From the NCBI GenBank assembly GCA_035693565.1, contig DASSGF010000015.1:27931-91930 (forward strand): a DNA stretch of 64,000 nt. The letters are read 5' to 3'. This document shows positions 46,581 through 56,297 of the stretch, one piece after another. Position numbers and translations under genes: made by a program. Position 1 is the first letter of the stretch. Each line of letters begins with the position of its first letter. This DNA comes from Rhizomicrobium sp. GTDB taxonomy: Bacteria; Pseudomonadota; Alphaproteobacteria; Micropepsales; Micropepsaceae. The notes beneath the pieces were generated by a model. That model was not told the DNA's origin, made no database searches, and saw only the letters and a program-made list of their open reading frames with translations.

Positions 46581-47034
46581 GGGCCAGGCTTTCCCAGCGC
46601 GCCGGCCCGGTCAGCCGCGCCGTGCGGGTTCCTTCTTTCAGGCCCAGCCGCACATGCAGGGCGTCGGGAGGCAAAACTTCCGGGGCGCGCTCCGGCCATT
46701 CCACCAGCACGGCGCCCTCGGCCAAGGCGTCGTCAAAGCCCAACTCTTCCATCTCGCGCGCGTTCTTCAGGCGATAAAGATCGTAATGCGCGATCCGAGG
46801 GTGCGTGTCATAGCTTTGCACCAAGGTGAAAGTCGGGCTGGGCACCTCTTCCTTCACGCCCAGGGCCTGCAAAATGGCGCGCGCCAACGTGGTCTTGCCC
46901 GCCCCCAGATCACCCCATAGCGCCACCGCATCGCCCGCTTTCAGTCCGCCCGCAATGCCAACGCCCAGCCTTTGGGTGGCATCAAGGTCGGGCAGGGGAA
47001 CATCCCCGCGAAATGTCTCGGCGATTTGGGCCAT
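46573..47034 (-). CDS. tsaE: tRNA t6A biosynthesis protein TsaE
   Basis: Only the last 153 aa of the 587-aa track ORF carry a recognisable sequence. These include P-loop GDLGAGKTTLAR, SPTFTLVQ.Y and HYDLYRL. The ATG is at 47034. Confidence 0.9.
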   Translation of the reverse strand: MAQIAETFRGDVPLPDLDATQRLGVGIAGGLKAGDAVALWGDLGAGKTTLARAILQALGVKEEVPSPTFTLVQSYDTHPRIAHYDLYRLKNAREMEELGFDDALAEGAVLVEWPERAPEVLPPDALHVRLGLKEGTRTARLTGPARWESLAHV

Positions 47035-47136
47035 GGCAGGCTTGTAGCCTGCGGGGCGGGCATGCGGAAGTGCTTGATTGCACGAGATAACAGGACATGG
47101 TAGCGGCTCGGCCCGAAACCTTCGAAACGGCAGGAA

Positions 47137-48345
47137 ATGTCGGAGAAAATCGTCATTATCGGCGCAGGCCAGGCGGGCGCTCAGGCCGTCCAGTCGCTGC
47201 GCGCCGAAGGTTTTGCCGGGGCCATTACCATGCTGGGCGATGAGAGCTATGCGCCTTATCAGCGGCCGCCCTTGTCCAAAGCCTATCTGTTGGGGAGTTT
47301 TGAGCGGGCGCGCCTGTTCCTCAAGGCCGACGCCTACTATGCCGAGGCCGGTTGCGAACTGCTTGTCAACACCAGCGCCAGGGCGATCCATCGCGCCGAG
47401 CACGCGATCGAACTCAGCGATGGCCGCAAGCTTGCCTATGACAAGCTGCTGCTCACCACCGGGGCGCGGGTGCGGCGGCTGAAATGCCCCGGCGCCGATC
47501 TGCCCGGGGTGCATTATCTCAAGACCATCGCCGATGTGGACGGCTTGCAGGCGGCGTTTCATGCCGGCGCGCGCATCGCCATTGTGGGTGGCGGTTATAT
47601 CGGGCTGGAAGTGGCGGCGGTTGGCGCCAAGCGCGGTCTGGATGTGACGGTGTTCGAGGCGATGGACCGGCTGATGGCGCGCGCCGTGTCGCCGGAATTG
47701 TCGGCCTTTTATGCCGCCGAGCATGAAAAGGCGGGTGTCAAACTCAAGCTGCGCACCGGGGTGGAAGCCATCGAGGGCAACGGCAAGGTCGAGCGCGTGA
47801 TTGCCGGCGGCCAAAGCTATGACGCCGATCTGGTGCTGGTGGGGATTGGTGTGGTGCCGTGCGACGAGCTGGCGGTGCAGGCGGGCCTGGCGTCCCAAGA
47901 CGGCATTGTGGTGGACCAGAATGCGCGTACCGGCGATCCCCATATCTGGGCCGCGGGCGATTGCACCCGCCATGTGGGCCGCGAGGGTCACTATATCCGG
48001 CTGGAATGCGTGCAGAACGCCATCGATCAGGCCAAGCATGCGGCCCTGGCTATGGTGGGCAAACCCAAGACCTATAGCGAAGTGCCCTGGTTCTGGTCGG
48101 ACCAGTATGACTTGAAGCTGCAGATCGCCGGTCTGGCGCGGCCCACCGATACCCTGGTGCTGCGCGGCAAACCGGAAACGCGCAAATTCGCGGTTTTCCA
48201 TCTGCGCGACGGCGCGGTGGCGGCGGTGGAGGCGGTGAATGCGGCGCCGGAATATATGATCGGCAAGAAGCTGGTGGCGATGGCCGCGAAAGTCGCGCCG
48301 CAGATGCTGGCCGATATCGCCGTCCCAATGAAGCAAATGGCCTGA
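47137..48345 (+). CDS. FAD/NAD(P)-dependent ferredoxin reductase
   Basis: [10 protein letters not shown] and [10 protein letters not shown] dinucleotide folds, resembling putidaredoxin/rubredoxin reductases. Confidence 0.85.
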   Translation: MSEKIVIIGAGQAGAQAVQSLRAEGFAGAITMLGDESYAPYQRPPLSKAYLLGSFERARLFLKADAYYAEAGCELLVNTSARAIHRAEHAIELSDGRKLAYDKLLLTTGARVRRLKCPGADLPGVHYLKTIADVDGLQAAFHAGARIAIVGGGYIGLEVAAVGAKRGLDVTVFEAMDRLMARAVSPELSAFYAAEHEKAGVKLKLRTGVEAIEGNGKVERVIAGGQSYDADLVLVGIGVVPCDELAVQAGLASQDGIVVDQNARTGDPHIWAAGDCTRHVGREGHYIRLECVQNAIDQAKHAALAMVGKPKTYSEVPWFWSDQYDLKLQIAGLARPTDTLVLRGKPETRKFAVFHLRDGAVAAVEAVNAAPEYMIGKKLVAMAAKVAPQMLADIAVPMKQMA

Positions 48346-48677
48346 TGCCCGCGGCGAAATACAAAGTCACCTATATCGAGGACGGCGGCAAGGCGCACAC
48401 CGTCGAGGTCGCCGAAGGCTGGTCGTTGATGGAAGGCGCGGTCAAGCACCTGGTCCCCGGCATTGATGCCGATTGCGGCGGGGCCTGCGCCTGCGCCACC
48501 TGTCAGGTCTATGTCGCGCCGGGATGGGAGGACAAGCTGCCGCCCAAGAGCGACATGGAAGAAACCATGCTGGATTTCGCAGCCGAGGTGAGGCCCAACA
48601 GCCGGCTGTCCTGCCAGCTTCGCATGAGCGCGGCGCTGGACGGGATCATTCTCAATCTGCCGAAATCACAGCATTAG
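48345..48677 (+). CDS. 2Fe-2S ferredoxin (adrenodoxin/putidaredoxin type)
   Basis: 110 aa with Cys pattern CGGACACATC...C. Its ATG shares a nucleotide with the reductase stop. Confidence 0.9.
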   Translation: MPAAKYKVTYIEDGGKAHTVEVAEGWSLMEGAVKHLVPGIDADCGGACACATCQVYVAPGWEDKLPPKSDMEETMLDFAAEVRPNSRLSCQLRMSAALDGIILNLPKSQH

Positions 48678-48776
48678 CTTCCGCCTAACCCCCGTTAACA
48701 TTGGAACCTTCCCAGCTAAAGCCTCGCCGGACGATCCGTTGTTAACTATACTTGTCCGTCCGGGATTGAGGGGAAA

Positions 48777-50879
48777 GTGCCAGAGGCCACAGAACTGCCC
48801 GCAAACGGCCGAGCATGGCCGCAAGCAGGATGGGAATCAGCAGATCCCCCCGGCTGGTGGACTGAGCTTTCACCCCATCACAAATATCTCCGGCTCGCGG
48901 TTGGCCTTTGCATTTTTACAACCGCCTATTTCCTGGCCTTCAAATTCTCCGTTGATCCGGCCAGCCGCGCGCCATCCCCCTTCTGGCTTCCCAACAGCAT
49001 CCTGCTCTGCGCGCTGCTGCGCAGCCGCCCCCGACATTGGTGGCTGTTCCTGCTGCTCACAATTCCAATCCGCCTGATGGACAATGTCATTCCTCCTCAT
49101 CCGGTTTGGTACCGGGCCGGCATGATCGCCGTCAGCGCCGCACAGGCGCTGGCCGGCGCATGGGCCTTCCGGTTGATCGCGCCGCAACACCGCCGGTTCG
49201 GTTCGTGGCAGGAATGGCTGGCCATGGTCGTGGTCATCCTGATCGCCGCGGCCGCGTCGTTCGCTTTGGCTGGGCTACGTCATGCTTTGGGCGAGGATTT
49301 TCTGCAGGCCTTTCAACTCGCCTTCGCGGGCGATGCCCTGGCGCTGGTCGTCGTCACGCCTGCTGTGCTGACCTGGCTATTTTGGGAAGGCGCGCCGGTC
49401 GCACCGCTGAGCACCACCGCCGGGATCGAGGCGTTGCTGCTGCTGGCCGCGCTGCTTGTCACCAGCTATCTGGCCTTCATTTCCGCCGTCGCCGTGGGTG
49501 ATTTGTCGGAGTCCAAATTTTTTCTACCCGTGCCGCTGCTATATTGGGCCGCGCTCCGGTTCGGCATGGCTGGAGCATCCATAGCTGTTCTGATCGTCAC
49601 CGCTTTCGCGATCCATTCCCACCCTCTGCTCCAAATGGCCGGCCTGCTGCGGCAGATGGTGCCTTTCAGTGCCTATCTCGGCATGACGCCGGCGACCATG
49701 CTGTCCCGCTTCCTGTTCTTCCGGGCCGCGCCCGTTTATGCCGTGGCCGGGCTGATGGAACGGCAGCATCGCGTGCAGCTTTCGGTGCGGGAAAGCGAAG
49801 TGCGGTTTCGCAACATGGCGGACACCGCGCCCGTGTTGATATGGATGTCGGGCCCCGACAAATTGTGCGACTTCTTCAACCAGGTATGGCTGGATTTCAC
49901 GGGACGCCCGCTGGAGGCGGAACTCGGCAACGGTTGGGCCGAAGGCGTGCATCCGGGCGACCTGGAGCAATGCCTGCACATCTATCAAACGGCTTTCGAT
50001 GCGCGCGAGCCGTTTCGGATGGAATACCGCCTGCGCAACCGCGATGGCGAGTATCGGTGGATTCTCGACATCGGGGTGCCGCGCTTCGACACCGGCAATG
50101 TCTTCCGCGGCTATATCGGTTCGGCGATCGACATCACCGAGCAGCGGCAGGCCCAGGAGAACAATGCGCATATCGCGCATCTGCAAAGACTGTCCCAGAT
50201 GGGCGAGCTTACCGCCTCCATTGCCCATGAACTGCGCCAGCCGCTCAGCGCAATCCTGATGAATTCGGGGACGCTGCGCCTATGCGCGCCGGCCGCGGGA
50301 GAATCCGAGGCAAAAATCAAGGAAATCCTGGCCGACATCGACCAGAATTGCCAGCGGGCCACCGACGTCCTGAAGACGATTCACAATCAAGTGCGAAAGC
50401 ACGAGGAAAAATTTGAGCCCGTTGACGTCAATTCCGTGGTGCTCGATTGCATTTCCCTGATCTCGGGCGAGAGCCGGCAGCGGCGGATCAGGATACTGAC
50501 CGAGCTCGCCGGCACCCTGCCGCCGGTGCAGGGTGTCCGCACCGAGATCATGCAGGTGCTGCTCAATCTTGTGACCAATGCCATGGATGCCATGGAGAAA
50601 ACGCCCGCCTCCGGGCGGTATGTCATGCTTAAGACGCTGTGGGTTGGAAATGCGATACAAGTTTCGGTACTGGACCGCGGCCACGGTATCAAGCCTGAAA
50701 ACATGGCGTCTCTGTTCGACTCTTTTTTCACCACCCGCGCCAGCGGCATGGGACTGGGGCTGTCGATCGTCCGTTCGATCGTGGAGGCGCATCGCGGCCG
50801 CATCTGGGCGGAAAATCTCGAATCCGGCGGGGCGGGTTTTCACTTCACCTTGCCGGCATCATCCCAAGCCGGATCATGA
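48777..50879 (+). CDS. MASE1-PAS sensor histidine kinase
   Basis: The GTG start is preceded by GAGGGGAAA. The protein has a polytopic MASE1-like N-terminus, a PAS domain (EYRLRNRDGEYRW), the H-box IAHELRQPLSAI and an HATPase domain. Confidence 0.8.
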   Translation: MPEATELPANGRAWPQAGWESADPPGWWTELSPHHKYLRLAVGLCIFTTAYFLAFKFSVDPASRAPSPFWLPNSILLCALLRSRPRHWWLFLLLTIPIRLMDNVIPPHPVWYRAGMIAVSAAQALAGAWAFRLIAPQHRRFGSWQEWLAMVVVILIAAAASFALAGLRHALGEDFLQAFQLAFAGDALALVVVTPAVLTWLFWEGAPVAPLSTTAGIEALLLLAALLVTSYLAFISAVAVGDLSESKFFLPVPLLYWAALRFGMAGASIAVLIVTAFAIHSHPLLQMAGLLRQMVPFSAYLGMTPATMLSRFLFFRAAPVYAVAGLMERQHRVQLSVRESEVRFRNMADTAPVLIWMSGPDKLCDFFNQVWLDFTGRPLEAELGNGWAEGVHPGDLEQCLHIYQTAFDAREPFRMEYRLRNRDGEYRWILDIGVPRFDTGNVFRGYIGSAIDITEQRQAQENNAHIAHLQRLSQMGELTASIAHELRQPLSAILMNSGTLRLCAPAAGESEAKIKEILADIDQNCQRATDVLKTIHNQVRKHEEKFEPVDVNSVVLDCISLISGESRQRRIRILTELAGTLPPVQGVRTEIMQVLLNLVTNAMDAMEKTPASGRYVMLKTLWVGNAIQVSVLDRGHGIKPENMASLFDSFFTTRASGMGLGLSIVRSIVEAHRGRIWAENLESGGAGFHFTLPASSQAGS

Positions 50880-50939
50880 CGCGGCGCGAGTGCGCGGCGT
50901 TGGATGGATTGTTTGTACTTCCAAGCGCACAGCATTAGC

Positions 50940-51030
50940 GCGAGGGATTTTGCGGCCTGAGCAGGAGCGAGGAGCGACGTGTACAAATCAGTACATGAGC
51001 GACGAGCGACGAACTCAGGGCGCAAAATAA
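50940..51030. repeat. MITE-like palindromic element, short copy
   Basis: The termini ATTTTGCGGCCTGAG (50947-50961) and CTCAGGGCGCAAAAT (51014-51028) form an inverted repeat (14/15). Both ends recur, inverted, at 62994-63216. Confidence 0.6.
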
Positions 51031-51035
51031 CCGCG

Positions 51036-51587
51036 CTAATATTTCCGGCTGTCATAAGCCCATTGCAACAGCGCCTGCCGCTGGCGGGGACGGCAGAACA
51101 GGTCTCCGCGTTCGCAATGCGCCTTGATCTGGGCGATATGGCGCCGGAAGGCTTTCCACCGCCCGATCTGCCGCCGGTCCTCCTCCGGCAATCGCCGCCC
51201 CATATAGTAGCGGCAGTACCATTGGAACCAGCCCCGCGGATCATCCGGGTGGATCCAGCCTTTCCTTTTCCAGACCGACAAGGGCGTTCCCGCGCTGACG
51301 CCGAAGAAATTCAAGGAACTGTCATGGCCCTTGGGTGACAGTTTCGCGCGCGCCCACCAGCCGGCGGGAAATTCCTTGCGGCAATCGGTCATGTATTTGC
51401 CGCCGAAAACGCCCAAGGCCAGCATCTGCGGCGGCGTCAGTTCGGGCTTGAATTCGGGATCGAAATCACGTCCCGGCCGCGCGCTGAGCCTGTAGCGGTA
51501 GCCTTTTTGCATCCGATCATTGACGGTGACCAGTTTGGGTCCGCGCTGTTTGCGTTCCGGCATATTAGAGATACGCGGTTTTCCCAT
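51036..51587 (-). CDS. conserved hypothetical protein (Trp/Arg-rich C-terminal block)
   Basis: 183 aa. The ATG at 51587 has a GGAG SD and overlaps the last 23 nt of the upstream kinase gene. It contains the block GWIHPDDPRGWFQWYCRYYMGRR. I cannot assign a family. Confidence 0.7.
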   Translation of the reverse strand: MGKPRISNMPERKQRGPKLVTVNDRMQKGYRYRLSARPGRDFDPEFKPELTPPQMLALGVFGGKYMTDCRKEFPAGWWARAKLSPKGHDSSLNFFGVSAGTPLSVWKRKGWIHPDDPRGWFQWYCRYYMGRRLPEEDRRQIGRWKAFRRHIAQIKAHCERGDLFCRPRQRQALLQWAYDSRKY

Positions 51588-54039
51588 CCGCGCTCCGCTC
51601 CGGCGGCGGTTCGTCCTGGACGCGGCGCGGCAGGTGGCAGCGCACTAAGGTGCCGCCGCCGCTGGCGGTTTCGATCTCCACCCAGCCGTCATGCAGTTCC
51701 AGGAAACGGTTGACCAGGGCCAGGCCCAAGCCGGCGCCGGCGCGGGTGCCGCTGCGGCTCTTGGCGGAGAAGCGCTCGAACACGCTGGCTTTGACTTCCG
51801 GCGCCAGGCCCGGGCCGTTGTCGGCCACGGCAATCTGCACATCCTCGCCCACGATCTTGGCCGACAAGGTGATCATGCCGCCGCGCGGGGTGAATTTGAA
51901 AGCGTTGGACAAGAGGTTGAACACGATCTGGCGCAGCCGGCGGGAATCCGCCAGGAAAACGCCGTCCTGCGCCACCTCGGCCTCCAGGCTCAATCCCGCC
52001 TTGGCGGCCCAGTCGCGGGCATGGGCGGCGATGTCGGTGATCAGCTCATGCAGATTGATGCGCTCCAGCTCCAGCCGCAGCGCGCCGGATTCCACCAGCG
52101 CCAGATCGAGAATGTCGTTGACCAGGCTCTTGAGCGTGTTGCCGCCCGCCACGATGGCCTGGACATATTCTTCCTGCTGCGAATTCAGCGGGCCCGGCGC
52201 GCCGCTGGCCAGATGTTCGGAAAAGCCCAGGATGGTGTTCAGCGGCGTGCGCAATTCATACGACACATGCTTGATGAAGTCCGATTTGAGGCGGTCGGCG
52301 GCTTCCAGGCCTTCGTTGCGGTCGCGCAGCGCGCTCTCGATGCGGAAGCGGTCGGTGACATCCTTGAAGGTCACCAAAGTCGCGCCGTCGGGCAAGGGCG
52401 AGGTGGCCAGGGACAGGATGGAACGGTCGGAGCGTTCCACATCGCCCAGATCGCGCGCCGAAGCGCCCTGCACAATCGCCTGGATCAGCTGGTCCCAGAT
52501 AACGCTGTCGCCGAACTTGTCGCGCGACAAAGCGGCGATGGTGCGCACATGGGGCTCGTCCTCCAAATCGTCCGCCTCGAATTCCCAGATGCGGGAAAAA
52601 GCGGCGTTGTGCAGCTTGAGCTTGCCGTCCGGTCCAAACACCGCCACGCCTTCGCTCAGCGTGTTCAATGTCGCCGACTGCACCTTGACCAGCGTGTTGT
52701 AGTCGCTTTGCAGGGTGAGGCCGGCGGTGACGTCTTCATACAGGAAAGTGAGCCCGCCAAAGGGATGCGGCTGGCTCACCACCCGGATGGTCTGGCCGCC
52801 GGGAATGTGCCAGGTCTCTTCGCCGGATTTTTCGCGCGAGCCGTCGCGATAAAGTTCAAGCCGCGCCCGCTTCCAGGCGGGATAATCGCGCTGCTCCGGC
52901 AATTTGCGGGCCTCGCGCAACCGGTCAAGGACCTCGCCGTCAGAAGGATGCTTGTCGAGAAAGCCTTCGGGCAGGCCCCACAGCTTGACGAAGGCCTTGT
53001 TGTAAAAACTCAGCTTCTGGTCGCGGCCGAAGATCGCTACCGCGGTCTGCAGCTTGTCCAAAGTGTCGGCATGGGCATCGGCATGCTGCTGCAGCCGGGC
53101 TTCCGCCGCCGTCACATCCGTCACGTCCAGCGCGGTGCCGATGATCCCCGCATCGCCCAGCGGTATCTCGGTGAAGGCCAGCGCGCGGCGCTGGCCGCCC
53201 ACCACCGAAAAGCGGCGCGATTGCTGGATGGTATTTTCGGTGCGCGCGGCGGCGGCCAGCTCGCGTTCGCTCTTGTCCAGCGCCATCTGTTCGCGCCGCG
53301 CCGTCTCCAGATCCTTGGCGCCGGCGCCTTTCAGGAAGGCGTGATTGCCCCAGTTGAGCGCCAGGCCCTTGTCGCGCAGCCACACCGGAACGGGCAGGGC
53401 ATCCAGGATCGCCTTAAAGTCGGCGCCCTGATCCGCCGCCTGCGCGCTCTGTTCCTCCAGCCATACCGCCGCCATGCTGCCCACCGCGCGGCCGCGCGCC
53501 ACAAACAATTGCCCGTAGGCGTCATGGACCTTGAGCTGGAAGGCCTGGCCACGGTCCGACAATCCGTCCAGGGCGCTGGACAGCGCCAAGGCATCGGCGC
53601 CCTTGAGGCAGGACTGCAGCCGTTCCTCGCCGCCCGCATAGGAAAAAGGCCCTGATCCGTCGCGGCCCCACACCAGCAGCGCCTCGCGGCCCGCGCCCAG
53701 CAAGGCGTCGCGTTCTCCCAGCGCCGCCTTGGTGCGGCTGCCCGCCTGGCGCAGCACCCGCCTGAGCCGGCGGGCAGCATTCTGCTCGGCCAGGGCCCAA
53801 AGCCCGGCGGCGATGGCGAGCGCCACCCCACCGCAGGCCAGGCCAGACAGGACCACGGCATTGCCGGTCTGGAAGGTCAGACTGTCGGCCTGGGCAGGCA
53901 AGGGCAGCAGGGCCAAGCAGGCAGAACCCAGCAGGAACCCCCGCCAGTGCCCCTTAGCCCCCGGCCTCTTAATCTGTCCCAACCACCTGGGACGCATGCC
54001 GCCAGCCCCTGTTAACTCGTCGCCTTTTCGGCGAATCAC
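51565..54039 (-). CDS. PAS-domain sensor histidine kinase
   Basis: 824 aa with two TM segments, several PAS-like segments, the H-box FIKHVSYELRTPLNTI and an HATPase domain (GAGLGLALV). Confidence 0.85.
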   Translation of the reverse strand: MIRRKGDELTGAGGMRPRWLGQIKRPGAKGHWRGFLLGSACLALLPLPAQADSLTFQTGNAVVLSGLACGGVALAIAAGLWALAEQNAARRLRRVLRQAGSRTKAALGERDALLGAGREALLVWGRDGSGPFSYAGGEERLQSCLKGADALALSSALDGLSDRGQAFQLKVHDAYGQLFVARGRAVGSMAAVWLEEQSAQAADQGADFKAILDALPVPVWLRDKGLALNWGNHAFLKGAGAKDLETARREQMALDKSERELAAAARTENTIQQSRRFSVVGGQRRALAFTEIPLGDAGIIGTALDVTDVTAAEARLQQHADAHADTLDKLQTAVAIFGRDQKLSFYNKAFVKLWGLPEGFLDKHPSDGEVLDRLREARKLPEQRDYPAWKRARLELYRDGSREKSGEETWHIPGGQTIRVVSQPHPFGGLTFLYEDVTAGLTLQSDYNTLVKVQSATLNTLSEGVAVFGPDGKLKLHNAAFSRIWEFEADDLEDEPHVRTIAALSRDKFGDSVIWDQLIQAIVQGASARDLGDVERSDRSILSLATSPLPDGATLVTFKDVTDRFRIESALRDRNEGLEAADRLKSDFIKHVSYELRTPLNTILGFSEHLASGAPGPLNSQQEEYVQAIVAGGNTLKSLVNDILDLALVESGALRLELERINLHELITDIAAHARDWAAKAGLSLEAEVAQDGVFLADSRRLRQIVFNLLSNAFKFTPRGGMITLSAKIVGEDVQIAVADNGPGLAPEVKASVFERFSAKSRSGTRAGAGLGLALVNRFLELHDGWVEIETASGGGTLVRCHLPRRVQDEPPPERSADGKTAYL

Positions 54040-54222
54040 ATATGAATCAATAAGATAGCTGTGATGACCGAGTCCGCCTAGGGATTGTGGTTAATATTTT
54101 CTTAAAAACGACATGCGGCAGCCCGCCCCAGATTTTGCGCCTGTGGACAAATTGTGGATGAATTTGTGAGTCCCTTCAGCACGTTAAGCTGTGTGGCAAT
54201 TTGCGGGCAGGCCGCAAAACAT

Positions 54223-54250
54223 AAAGGGCGCGCCGGTCAGCGCGCCCTTT
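54223..54250 (-). terminator. intrinsic terminator of ahcY
   Basis: AAA-GGGCGCG-N8-CGCGCCC-TTT, 25 nt after the ahcY stop. A second hairpin, TTTGCGG-N5-CCGCAAA, lies at 54200-54218. Confidence 0.7.
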
Positions 54251-54274
54251 GTCGTCCATCGATAGCGAAGGACC

Positions 54275-55684
54275 TCAGTAGCGGTAATGGTCCGGCTTGT
54301 ACGGGCCCACTTTCGGCACCGAAATGTAGTCCGACTGTTTGGTCGAAAGCTCGGTGAGCTGGACGCCGATCTTGGCCAGGTGCAGGCGGGCGACTTTCTC
54401 GTCCAACTGCTTGGGCAGGGTATAGACCTTCTTCTGATACTTGCCCGGATTGGCGTAAAGCTCGATCTGCGCCAGGGTCTGGTTGGTGAAGGAGGCGCTC
54501 ATCACAAAGCTGGGATGGCCCATGGCATTGCCCAGATTGACCAGCCGTCCTTCCGACAGAAGAATGATGCGCTTGCCGTCGGGGAATTCGATCTCATCCA
54601 CCTGCGGCTTCACATTGTGCCATTTGAAGTTCTTGAGTCCTGCGACCTGAATCTCGCTGTCGAAGTGGCCGATGTTGCAGACAATGGCGCGGTCCTTCAT
54701 GGCGCGCATATGCTCGGTGGTGATCACATCGACATTGCCGGTGGCGGTGACGAAAATGTCGGCTCGGGGCGCGGCATTTTCCATGGTCACCACTTCATAG
54801 CCTTCCATCGCGGCCTGCAGCGCGCAGATGGGATCGACTTCCGACACCATCACCCGGCAGCCGGCCTGGCGCAGCGAGGCGGCGGAGCCTTTGCCCACAT
54901 CGCCGAAGCCGGCGACCATGGCGACTTTGCCGGCCATCATCACATCGGTGCCGCGGCGGATACCGTCCACCAGGGATTCGCGGCAGCCATAGAGATTGTC
55001 GAACTTGGACTTGGTGACGCTGTCATTGACATTGATGGCGGGGAACAGAAGCTTGCCGGCCTTTTCCATCAGATAGAGGCGGTGGACGCCGGTGGTGGTT
55101 TCTTCCGACACGCCCTTGATGTTGGCGGCGATTTCGGCGAACCAGCCCTTGGGCTTTTCCTTCAGCAGCCGCTTGATAAGGGCGTAGAAGACTTCCTCTT
55201 CCTCATTCTCCGGCTTTTCCAGAAAACCGGTGTCGCCCTGTTCGGCGCGCAGGCCCGCATGCACCAGCATGGTGGCGTCGCCGCCATCGTCCAGGATCAT
55301 GTTGGGGGTGCCGCCGCCATGCCATTCGAACAGCTTGGCGGTGTAGTCCCAATAATCCTTCAGGCTCTCGCCCTTCACCGCGAATACCGGAATGCCGGCG
55401 GCGGCGATGGCCGCGGCGGCATGGTCCTGGGTCGAATAGATGTTGCACGACACCCAGCGGATGTCGGCGCCCAGGGCCTTCAGGGTCTCGATCAACACGG
55501 CGGTCTGGATGGTCATGTGCAGCGAACCGGCGATGCGCGCGCCCTTTAGCGGCTGCTTGGGACCATATTCGGCGCGGGTCGCCATCAGGCCGGGCATCTC
55601 GGTCTCGGCAATGGCGAGCTCTTTGCGTCCCCACTCGGCCAGGCTGATGTCCTTGACGATGTAGTCGTTAAAAGCGGCGGACAT
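54275..55684 (-). CDS. ahcY: adenosylhomocysteinase
   Basis: The start at 55684 gives [22 protein letters not shown]. It has an NAD fold ([12 protein letters not shown]) and a C-terminal KPDHYRY. Confidence 0.95.
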   Translation of the reverse strand: MSAAFNDYIVKDISLAEWGRKELAIAETEMPGLMATRAEYGPKQPLKGARIAGSLHMTIQTAVLIETLKALGADIRWVSCNIYSTQDHAAAAIAAAGIPVFAVKGESLKDYWDYTAKLFEWHGGGTPNMILDDGGDATMLVHAGLRAEQGDTGFLEKPENEEEEVFYALIKRLLKEKPKGWFAEIAANIKGVSEETTTGVHRLYLMEKAGKLLFPAINVNDSVTKSKFDNLYGCRESLVDGIRRGTDVMMAGKVAMVAGFGDVGKGSAASLRQAGCRVMVSEVDPICALQAAMEGYEVVTMENAAPRADIFVTATGNVDVITTEHMRAMKDRAIVCNIGHFDSEIQVAGLKNFKWHNVKPQVDEIEFPDGKRIILLSEGRLVNLGNAMGHPSFVMSASFTNQTLAQIELYANPGKYQKKVYTLPKQLDEKVARLHLAKIGVQLTELSTKQSDYISVPKVGPYKPDHYRY

Positions 55685-55763
55685 GCGGAGCTTCCCTTGA
55701 TTGCGGCCGTGCCTATAGCAGTCCGGCAGGGGCAGGGCAAGAAACATATAAAGAAATCTGCAT

Positions 55764-56297
55764 ATGGTTATGGACGGTTTAAAAAGCTGGGATTTCCGCC
55801 CCTTTGGCGGCAGGATCGGGCCCATGGAACCGGCTGCCATCCCCTCCGACATACTGGACATCGGCCTGCGTCTGATCGCTGCCACCCTGGTCGGCGTCTT
55901 GCTGGGCTGGGAGCGGCTGTTGCGCGGCAAGCCGACAGGCATCCGCACCCTAGGTCTGGTGAGCTTCGCGGCGGCGCTGATCGCGCTGGCCTTGCTGCAT
56001 GCCCAAGGCGTGGAGGGATCAACGGATGCGACCTCGCGCGTGATGCAGGGCGTGGTTCAGGGTGTGCTGGTCGGCATCGGTTTTCTGGGCGGCGGCATCC
56101 TGTTGCGCGATCCCGAGACCCTCAAGGTTCACAATCTCACCTCCGCGGCGGAAGTGTGGGCGGTGGCGGCGACGGGGCTGGCGACCGCGGTGGCGCCGTG
56201 GGCGATTGTGGGCTTGGGGCTAGTGATCTTTGTGCTCTTGATGATTGGTTTGAGAATGGTGGAGCAGAGATTCGAGCTCAAAGACCATCACGACTGA
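55764..56297 (+). CDS. MgtC/SapB-family membrane protein
   Basis: [26 protein letters not shown] signature. The start could instead be ATG 55824. Confidence 0.8.
   Translation: MVMDGLKSWDFRPFGGRIGPMEPAAIPSDILDIGLRLIAATLVGVLLGWERLLRGKPTGIRTLGLVSFAAALIALALLHAQGVEGSTDATSRVMQGVVQGVLVGIGFLGGGILLRDPETLKVHNLTSAAEVWAVAATGLATAVAPWAIVGLGLVIFVLLMIGLRMVEQRFELKDHHD

Noticed and set aside
47035-48336. Upstream 430 codons of the 587-aa minus-strand ORF 46573..48336
   Set aside because: Only the last 153 aa (from ATG 47034) form TsaE. The remainder is antisense to the ferredoxin reductase gene and has no motif content.
55685-55763. SAH riboswitch upstream of ahcY
   Set aside because: I read the leader on the coding strand (..GCCGGACUGCUAUAGGCACGGCCGCAAUCAAGGGAAGCUCCGC-AUG). 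I could not find the conserved SAH-riboswitch segments as I remember them. An Infernal scan would settle it.
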